Virus record (IMG/VR): IMGVR_UViG_3300012347_000112
Span: 2,448-66,447 of that record
DNA from: a virus
Lineage: Duplodnaviria; Caudoviricetes
Strand: one strand, 5' to 3'
DNA: 64,000 bases
The notes beneath the pieces were generated by a model. The model did not search any database, was not told where the DNA came from, and saw only the letters and a list, made by a program, of their open reading frames with translations. This document shows positions 56,603 to 64,000 of the stretch, piece by piece. A program made the position numbers and the translations under genes. The first letter of the stretch is position 1. Every line of letters starts with the position of its first letter.

Positions 56603-58003
56603 ATGGCTATTGGTAAAATATCAGGTCCAATGCTGCAAACCAACTTGGAGCGCCAAGGGGTAAACATTGCCATAGATGGCAATTTAATTTATGCAGATGT
56701 TACAAATAGACGAGTTGGGGTGGGCACAGACTCCCCTGGCCAGTCTCTGGACGTTCCTGGTAATGTACGCCTAGCAAACATTTCTATTCTTGGCAACACT
56801 ATTACAAGCGACACCGGCAAAGTCAATCTTGGCAGTATCTCTAATGTAACCATCTCTGGTGGCGCACAAAACTATGTGGTCTCAACTGATGGCTTTGGTA
56901 ATTTAATATGGGCCCAACTCAGCGACTTGGACATTAGCTTTGGTAACCTGGAGTTCAATGATACCACGGTACAAGTAACTACATTGAATGCCAATTTGGT
57001 ACTGGCAGCAAACGGTACTGGTGTTATTGGTGCAAACGGTGCAGTTATTACTAATGTGGGTTACCCAACTGGGTCATTGGACGTGGCAACCAAAGGATAT
57101 ATTGACGACACTCTATCAAACTTCAACGATGATAGAATTGTTAATGGAACAACAGAAGTAATTGCACTGTCGTCGAACGTGACTGTAACCTCAAATGGAG
57201 TGCTACAAGCATATTTTGCACCAACTGAAACAGTTATAAACAATATAAAAATACAAGATACTACAATATCTAGTAGAGTTGGAAACATTTATTTAGATCC
57301 ATTGCAGGCAAGTGATAGAGTAATTTTTACCAATACCAGTTCAATTACTTTACCAGCAGGCGATGAGTCTACTAGACCGTCTACTCCGGTGTCTGGTGAT
57401 ATTCGATACAACACCTCAACATTGAGTTTGGAATTCTGGAATGGATCTACTTGGCTAAGTACCAACGTAAACCTAGACAGTCAATTGATCTATGCAGACG
57501 GAGTGAGTGATACATTTACTCTAGACAATGCGTCGACTACTACAGGCGTGCTAGTAAGTATCAACGGTACATTGCAGCAGCCAACTCTGTCGTACTCTGT
57601 GTCAGGTACAGATATTACATTCGTTGAAGTTCCTGAAGCAACTGACGTAATTGAAATTCGTTATATTGCATTGGCAGTGATCCCGTATACAAATTCAACC
57701 GTGGTTGATTCTGCAAATGTAGTTGTGGCACCAACCACAGTAATACTCGACAGTATGAGTACCAACTTGTATAGATCTGCAAAATATAATGTGCAATTAA
57801 CATCCGGATCAGACTATCAGTTTGTTGAAATTCACGCAATACATAACGGAACCACAGCAAACATTTCCACTGTGTCATCAACTGTCACGAATGGAAACTT
57901 AGCAACATTCTCGGCAAACGTATCAGGAGCGACAATGAATCTGTTAATCACTTCTGCTGCAACTACCACAACACGTCTGCAAAAAACATATTTTTTGATT
58001 TAA
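56603..58003 (+). CDS. Fibre-like structural protein
   Basis: IRYNT....LEFWNG, VSINGTLQ and C-terminal YRSAKYNVQ modules shared with the downstream long fibre. Confidence 0.6.
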   Translation: MAIGKISGPMLQTNLERQGVNIAIDGNLIYADVTNRRVGVGTDSPGQSLDVPGNVRLANISILGNTITSDTGKVNLGSISNVTISGGAQNYVVSTDGFGNLIWAQLSDLDISFGNLEFNDTTVQVTTLNANLVLAANGTGVIGANGAVITNVGYPTGSLDVATKGYIDDTLSNFNDDRIVNGTTEVIALSSNVTVTSNGVLQAYFAPTETVINNIKIQDTTISSRVGNIYLDPLQASDRVIFTNTSSITLPAGDESTRPSTPVSGDIRYNTSTLSLEFWNGSTWLSTNVNLDSQLIYADGVSDTFTLDNASTTTGVLVSINGTLQQPTLSYSVSGTDITFVEVPEATDVIEIRYIALAVIPYTNSTVVDSANVVVAPTTVILDSMSTNLYRSAKYNVQLTSGSDYQFVEIHAIHNGTTANISTVSSTVTNGNLATFSANVSGATMNLLITSAATTTTRLQKTYFLI

Positions 58004-58070
58004 TTTAGGCTAGTAACCATTTGCTTGATCTTTGGTAAATACATTAATACCAGGATTAGGACCTACAAGA

Positions 58071-61000
58071 ATGGCAAACATTACTAGAATTAAGAATAAC
58101 CAAATTACAGACAGTGCAATTACGTCTACCAAGTTAGCAGCAGGGACGTTAGTAGGTTCGGTATTCAGTTCAAATCTTACACTAAACAGTAACGTAACAA
58201 TTATCGGTAATCTAAGTATTACTGGTAATAGTGCAATCGTTAATGCAACAAACACCACAGTCAACGATCCACTTGTTGTTTTTAACAACGGGTATGTTGG
58301 TACCCCGAGCTACGACATTGGTATCATTGCCAACAGAAACTTAGGCAGCTTGGCCCCGTATGGCTCAGTCAATACTGCCTTTGTATGGAAAGAATCTGAG
58401 GAAGCATGGGTTGCAATTGCAACAACAGAAACAGGGACCACTACTGGTAGCATTAACAACACTGGTTGGTCAAATGTTAAAGTTGGTAACCTAACAGCAG
58501 TCTCGAGCAGTATAACCGGTGCCGCTACAGTTGGGTCTACTCTTAGCGTAACCGGAGCAACTACCTTAACCACTGCAACTACTGGTGGATTACAAGCAGT
58601 AGCAATTGGTAACGTAACACCAGGCTCATCGGTATTTACAACATCGGTAGTTAATGCAAGCGTTCCTACTACTGGAATCAACACTGGCGCACTACAGGTA
58701 CTTAACGGTGGAGCATACATTGCTGGTAACCTATGGGTTGGCGGCAATATCAACTTTACTCCAAACGCAGTAAGTACAATTACTGGTAACAGCGCACAGT
58801 TCTTTGGTAATGCAGCTGGCTTTGGCGCACTGTACGCTGGCATTAGTTCTGGCTTTGTTTACCAACCTCAAACAGTGCTACAGAATAGCACAAACTTTAA
58901 CGGTTACGCTCAAGTTAACCATCAAAACATTAATGCTGGCAGCGATGCTACCAGCGACTTTGTTGTAACAGCAGACAATGGAACCGAAGATACCTATTAC
59001 TTAGATATGGGTATCACTAGCAGTGGGTATGACAACTCTACTCCAACTAATGCACTAGGTACTAGTGTATTCCCTAACGATTCTTACTTGTATGCACAGG
59101 GTAAGACAGGTTTTGCAGGTGGTAACTTAGTTGTTGGTACTTCTATTCCTGATACTGTTACTCGCATTATTGCCGGCGGAGTAGACTCGGCTAACGTTGT
59201 TGCAATTGTTTCGGGCACTAAAGTTGCAGTAGTTGCAACAACCGCAGCAACCAACAGCACAAGTGGTGCATTGACTGTAGCTGGTGGAGCTGGCATTGCA
59301 GGAGCAGTGTATGCTGGCAGCATTCAGAATACCCCAATTGGTAGTTCTACACCTAACTCTGGTGCATTTACTACATTAACTTCAACTGGTACAATTATTG
59401 CCAGCGGCAACATTGTTGCAGCAAGCGGCACAGCAAGCACAAATACAACAACAGGTGCATTAGTAGTAACTGGCGGTGCAGGAGTTTCAGGAGCAGTCTA
59501 CGCTGGTTCGTTATACGACAACGGCAACCGTGTGCTAACAAGTTTCTCTAGCACTGGTGCAGGTAACGTAACAGTCTCTATTAGCAACCCTGGCAGCAGC
59601 ACAGTTGAATTAACTGCAACTGGTCCAGGAGCCGCACAATGGGGCGGTCCAACTCAACTTCCATTTATTAGCACTGATGCATACGGTCGTGTTAGCGCCG
59701 CAGGTAACATTGCTCTTAATACCGTAGCAGTTACAAATTTAGGCAATACTTCAGAAATTACAGCTAACGCAGCAGTTGGCTTAACTGGGTTAAATCTAAC
59801 CACTACAGGCGTGTCGGCAGGCAATTATGGTTCTGCAACAGTAATTCCGACTATTGTAGTTGACAACAAGGGACGAGTAACTAGTGTTACCACTAACGCT
59901 CTGTCAACTACATTTACAGTCAATGGCACAAGCGGCTCAACTCCAGTGTCAAGCGGATCCATTCTGACATTGTCAAGTACCAACGGTGTTGATATTGCAG
60001 TTGGCTCAACCTATGCAAACATCAGCACTCCGCAGGATATCCGCGCAACAGCTAACCCAACGTTCAATAATTTAACTACTGCTAGTTTGCAAGGTGTGAT
60101 TGGTAACGTAACTCCAGCTGCCGCTGCATTTACTACAGGTACATTTAGTTCAACTTTGGGGGTAACTGGTGTAACTACGTTAACTACAGCAACAGTAGGC
60201 GGCCTACAAGCAGTGGCAATTGGTAACGTAACACCTGGCACCGGTGCGTTTACTGGGCTGACTGCAAGCACATGGGCAAACGTAACTGCTACAACAGAAT
60301 CTACAAATGCAACTTCTGGTGCATTAATTGTTGCTGGCGGGGCAGGTATTGCTAAGAACTTGAATGTTGGTGGCAATGTTGTTATTACTGGTAACTTAAC
60401 AGTTAATGGTGATGTAACCACAGTTAATGCAGCAACATTAGACGTTGAAGATTTAAACATTACTGTTGCTAAAGGCGCTGCAAATCCAGCAGCAGCAAAC
60501 GGTGCTGGACTAACTGTTGACGGCGCAGCAGCAACATTACTATACACCAGCTCGACTGATACCTGGAACTTAAATAAAGGATTAGTTGCGCCTAGCGCAT
60601 CGGTTACTGACTCTACAGATTCAAGCAGCACCACATCGGGCGCATTGCAGGTAACTGGTGGTGTGGGTATTGCTAAGAACTTGTATGTTGGTGGATTATT
60701 ACAAGCAGGCACCGCCTCTTTTGCAAGTATCAATAATACCCCAATTGGCAATACAACACCAAGCACTGGCGCATTTACTACATTGAGTGCGCAAACAGAA
60801 ACTGTTGGCGGATTGCAAGCAGCAGCGATTGGTAACGTAACACCGGGTACTGGCGATTTTACTGTACTGGTGTCTAACTTTGCACACACAGCTGGTTTAC
60901 AAGCAGTAGCAATTGGTAACGTAACACCAGGTACTGGTGCATTTACTACAGCAACCACAGGCGGATTGCAAGCAGCAGCAATTGGTAACGTAACCCCAGG

Positions 61001-63689
61001 CACCGGCGCATTTACTACCTTAACCAGTGGAAGTTTCCAGGGTGTTATTGGTAACGCAGCGCCAGCAGCCGGCACATTTACAACATTGTTTGCTAACTCG
61101 GCAAGCTTTGCCAGTATTAACAATACTCCAATTGGTAACGCAACTCCAAGTACAGGTGCGTTTACTTCGGTTACAGTTGGCGAGACATCAATTGGTGATG
61201 GAACAGTTGGTACAGGCACACTAACTGCTGGGACTGGTAATTTAACTTATTTAAATGTTGGCAGTAACGCTGCAATTTCTGGTGTAACAACAATGTCCAC
61301 AGCAACCGCTGGTGGTCTACAAGCACTTGCAATTGGTAACGTAACACCAGGTACTGGTGCATTTACTACAGTAACAACAAGTAGCACTATTGTTGCCAGT
61401 GGCAACATTGTTGCAGCAGCAGCTACACCGAGCACAAGTATAACAACCGGCGCATTGGTTGTACCAAATGGCGGCATTGGTGCTACAGGTAACTTAAACG
61501 TCGGCTCACCCGGAAGTGTACACGCACTTCGTGGTAACGTATTAATTGGTTTTGGTACTATTGCAGACATAGAAAATACTCCGCTTACAGTTAATTTAAA
61601 CACTGCAACACCTCCGGGACATCGCGGTCAGATTCACTTGGTGCCAGGCGACAGCAAAGATGGCAGCATAGTAATTGAATCCTTTGGGGTGGGATATTCA
61701 GCAAGCTATACTGGTCGCCACACACGCGGTACACTAGCATCGCCGGCTGCGGTACAAGCAGGAGATCAAATCTCTAGTTTCCACGGTATTGGCTACGGTG
61801 CAACGGGCTTTGTTGACGCATTGGTATACGAACCATCGGGTCTTACAATATGGGCAGCAGAAAACTATACCGACACTGCGCAAGGTACATACCTAACTTT
61901 AGATGTAATCCCTACTGGTAGTAATAGTGCAGTAACAGCATTAAAAGTTGCCAGCTCAGGCAACGTGGTAATTCCTGCAACTACTCCAAGTATTGATTAC
62001 ACAAACGGTGCGCTAGTAGTTAAAGGCGGTGCAGGCTTTGCTGGAAATATCCACGTTGGTGGCGACGTTCACGCACTTGGATCATTTAATGGTTCTGATG
62101 TAGCAATCACTGGGCGATTCAATACAACTGATGCCACTGATACCACAGCACCGGGTGAAGGTACATTCTTTACACCTGGCGGTGTAAGCATTGGCGGCAA
62201 TGCATACGTTGGTAAAAACTTATACATTGGTCCAGCTTCGTTTGAGAAAGCATTAACAGTACCAACTATTATTGCAGTCGACAACGGCACAATGTATGCA
62301 CAAATGGCAATCGTTAATAGCGCAGGATCTGGTTCTTCTGACCTTGCGGCATATACTGCAAACGGAACTGACGCTGGTGGTTGGGTAGACGTTGGTATTG
62401 CTGGTAATACATTTAGCGATAGCAATTATACTATTACAAATTCGCAAGACGGTTATCTGTTTACTCGCCCAACTGGCAGTGAAGCAGGCGGTAATTTGGT
62501 ACTTGCTACCAGCGAAGCAGGTAGCCATAACGACATTGTCCTTGCAACTGGTAGCTTCTTTGCCAATAGCGAAGTGGCACGTATTCACGGTAATACCAGC
62601 AACAGTGGTACATTTGTTGTTAAGCTACCTACCCCAAATACTGCAACAGCTAACACTGGGGCATTCCAAGTCTGGGGTGGAACTAGTGTAAGTGGCAATC
62701 TATATACTGGCGGTGGCGCTATTGTTAACGGTAGTCAAACTGCTGGATATGATTTTAAAGCAATGGGCAAGAACTCAACTAACTTGTTGTGGGCTCGTCC
62801 GAGTGCTGTTTATGACCAAGTTATTGTTGGCAACACAATTAGTGCAGCTAGCTTAACCACAGGTGCCAAGTTGGTAATTAACAGTACTGACTCAATGTTA
62901 CTACCAGTTGGTACTACAGCACAGCGTCCTGGTTCCGTTGGATTCTCAGACGTAACTGGTATGTTCCGCTACAACACAACCATTGGCGGACTTGAGTTCT
63001 ATTCGGGCACGTCATGGTCAGCAGTTTCGTCTAACTTCACAGTCATCACCGACGAACAGTTTAATGGCGACGGAGTTAACGCAGCATTTACATTGGCAGC
63101 ACCTGCTACAACAGCAGCAACTATTGTAAGTATTAACGGTATTGTTCAGATTCCTACATTGGCATACAGCATCAGTGGAACAACTTTAACATTTACTGAA
63201 ATTCCAATGTCCGGTGACGTAATTGATGTACGAGCATTGGTTACTACACAAACAGTTTCTGCTATTGTTAGTGAAAACTCTAACATGGGGTTCAGCGTAA
63301 CAAATACCACAGCAAACGTTATTGCAGGAACCTCGTCATTACAAACAGTTACATATTGGGACACTTCTGGCGCACAGGTCAGTAACTTACCAAATGTGAG
63401 TGTATCAACTGCTAACGTTGCTGGTACTATTGACACATTCTCGACTAGTTCATATCGAACTGCAAAATATGTAGTGCAAGCAACCAATGGAAGTAATTTC
63501 CAATCAATGGAAGCACTAGTGGTGCATGATGGCACTACTGCTACTATTGTGCCATATGGCGTAGTGCAAACTGGAAGTAACTTAGGTATACTAAACGCGA
63601 CAGTTAGTAGCGGCAATGTGTTGGTGCAATTTGTACCTGCTATTAGCAGCACAACAGTTAGAATTAGTAAAGATTACTTGTTAATCTAA
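58071..63689 (+). CDS. Long repeat-rich tail fibre/adhesin-like protein (ATG 58071 preferred over TTG 58032)
   Basis: GTAAATA promoter at 58035 overlaps the TTG start; repeated GLQAxAIGNVTPGTGAFT and TGALxVxGGxG units; C-terminal YRTAKYVVQ module. Confidence 0.7.
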   Translation: MANITRIKNNQITDSAITSTKLAAGTLVGSVFSSNLTLNSNVTIIGNLSITGNSAIVNATNTTVNDPLVVFNNGYVGTPSYDIGIIANRNLGSLAPYGSVNTAFVWKESEEAWVAIATTETGTTTGSINNTGWSNVKVGNLTAVSSSITGAATVGSTLSVTGATTLTTATTGGLQAVAIGNVTPGSSVFTTSVVNASVPTTGINTGALQVLNGGAYIAGNLWVGGNINFTPNAVSTITGNSAQFFGNAAGFGALYAGISSGFVYQPQTVLQNSTNFNGYAQVNHQNINAGSDATSDFVVTADNGTEDTYYLDMGITSSGYDNSTPTNALGTSVFPNDSYLYAQGKTGFAGGNLVVGTSIPDTVTRIIAGGVDSANVVAIVSGTKVAVVATTAATNSTSGALTVAGGAGIAGAVYAGSIQNTPIGSSTPNSGAFTTLTSTGTIIASGNIVAASGTASTNTTTGALVVTGGAGVSGAVYAGSLYDNGNRVLTSFSSTGAGNVTVSISNPGSSTVELTATGPGAAQWGGPTQLPFISTDAYGRVSAAGNIALNTVAVTNLGNTSEITANAAVGLTGLNLTTTGVSAGNYGSATVIPTIVVDNKGRVTSVTTNALSTTFTVNGTSGSTPVSSGSILTLSSTNGVDIAVGSTYANISTPQDIRATANPTFNNLTTASLQGVIGNVTPAAAAFTTGTFSSTLGVTGVTTLTTATVGGLQAVAIGNVTPGTGAFTGLTASTWANVTATTESTNATSGALIVAGGAGIAKNLNVGGNVVITGNLTVNGDVTTVNAATLDVEDLNITVAKGAANPAAANGAGLTVDGAAATLLYTSSTDTWNLNKGLVAPSASVTDSTDSSSTTSGALQVTGGVGIAKNLYVGGLLQAGTASFASINNTPIGNTTPSTGAFTTLSAQTETVGGLQAAAIGNVTPGTGDFTVLVSNFAHTAGLQAVAIGNVTPGTGAFTTATTGGLQAAAIGNVTPGTGAFTTLTSGSFQGVIGNAAPAAGTFTTLFANSASFASINNTPIGNATPSTGAFTSVTVGETSIGDGTVGTGTLTAGTGNLTYLNVGSNAAISGVTTMSTATAGGLQALAIGNVTPGTGAFTTVTTSSTIVASGNIVAAAATPSTSITTGALVVPNGGIGATGNLNVGSPGSVHALRGNVLIGFGTIADIENTPLTVNLNTATPPGHRGQIHLVPGDSKDGSIVIESFGVGYSASYTGRHTRGTLASPAAVQAGDQISSFHGIGYGATGFVDALVYEPSGLTIWAAENYTDTAQGTYLTLDVIPTGSNSAVTALKVASSGNVVIPATTPSIDYTNGALVVKGGAGFAGNIHVGGDVHALGSFNGSDVAITGRFNTTDATDTTAPGEGTFFTPGGVSIGGNAYVGKNLYIGPASFEKALTVPTIIAVDNGTMYAQMAIVNSAGSGSSDLAAYTANGTDAGGWVDVGIAGNTFSDSNYTITNSQDGYLFTRPTGSEAGGNLVLATSEAGSHNDIVLATGSFFANSEVARIHGNTSNSGTFVVKLPTPNTATANTGAFQVWGGTSVSGNLYTGGGAIVNGSQTAGYDFKAMGKNSTNLLWARPSAVYDQVIVGNTISAASLTTGAKLVINSTDSMLLPVGTTAQRPGSVGFSDVTGMFRYNTTIGGLEFYSGTSWSAVSSNFTVITDEQFNGDGVNAAFTLAAPATTAATIVSINGIVQIPTLAYSISGTTLTFTEIPMSGDVIDVRALVTTQTVSAIVSENSNMGFSVTNTTANVIAGTSSLQTVTYWDTSGAQVSNLPNVSVSTANVAGTIDTFSTSSYRTAKYVVQATNGSNFQSMEALVVHDGTTATIVPYGVVQTGSNLGILNATVSSGNVLVQFVPAISSTTVRISKDYLLI
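58605..61371 (+). repeat. Dispersed coding repeats in the long fibre
   Basis: ATTGGTAACGTAAC at 58605, 60099, 60219, 60828, 60912, 60981 and 61332; a 43-nt exact duplicate at 60909-60951 and 61329-61371. Confidence 0.85.
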
Positions 63690-63722
63690 AATTAAAAACG
63701 CTATTTTGGGGAATATGGAACC

Positions 63723-64000
63723 ATGGCAAACGGAAATTTCGTAGTACAAAATGGACTTGAGGTAGGTGGCTACAAAGTCTTTGCCGGCAACGGCGACATT
63801 ATTACAACAGGTAATATTACAACAACAGGTGCTGGTAGCATCACATCAGCTGCTGGCTTTGGCGGCCTGAATGCAGACAAAATTTATACAGGTGCAAGTA
63901 ACGTTCTAGTTACAACTGACAGTATTTTTGGAAACATCAACAACGTACCAGTAACTCGAGTAACCAGCAGTGGTCTAACTGTTGCAGGCGGCTTGCAAGC
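63723..64000 (+). CDS. Fibre-like structural protein, N-terminal part (runs off the right edge; not in the ORF track)
   Basis: Manual translation MANGNFVVQNGLEVGGYKVFAGNGDIITTGNITTTGAG..., open to the window end. Confidence 0.65.
   Translation, partial: MANGNFVVQNGLEVGGYKVFAGNGDIITTGNITTTGAGSITSAAGFGGLNADKIYTGASNVLVTTDSIFGNINNVPVTRVTSSGLTVAGGLQ

Noticed and set aside
60011-61219. 402-aa minus-strand ORF (and other antisense ORFs across 58310-63652)
   Set aside because: Mirror of the repetitive Thr/Ala/Gly fibre codons, which lack stops on the reverse frame; no promoter, SD or family motif.
58605-61371. Diversity-generating retroelement template/variable repeat pair
   Set aside because: Repeats are short, differences are not adenine-specific, and no reverse transcriptase is present in the window.

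Overview
Structural and late-gene region of a large T4-superfamily myophage. The ~1150-aa gp6 and >4000-aa gp7-like wedge proteins suggest a RaK2/Atu_ph07-like jumbo phage (inference). All long ORFs are intact in the standard genetic code. The left minus-strand block (1-37370) holds a radical SAM/sulfotransferase/glycosyltransferase cluster, paralogous baseplate fibres, an unexpected cytochrome P450, a Gly-rich CFI-box-CTERM protein and the baseplate genes (gp7-like, gp6, gp25, a multi-enzyme gp5, gp27-, gp53- and gp54/48-like). The plus-strand block 37484-43463 holds the gp55 late sigma factor, gp47 and gp46 interleaved with two radical SAM genes, and a minimal GIY-YIG nuclease. A ~500-nt ORF-free region follows that folds extensively on the + strand only, a candidate large ncRNA. 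Next come DUF6165/gp51/gp26 (minus), then tape measure, portal gp20, prohead proteins, gp21, gp22, major capsid gp23 and fibre-like proteins (plus). A late promoter motif RTAAATA precedes most structural genes, and several promoters point to leaderless mRNAs. Best leads: the GIY-YIG plus structured RNA locus, the P450/CFI-box pair among the fibre genes, and the radical SAMs inside the gp47/gp46 operon. Family assignments come from motif reading, not database searches. No tRNA, CRISPR array or integrase was seen.
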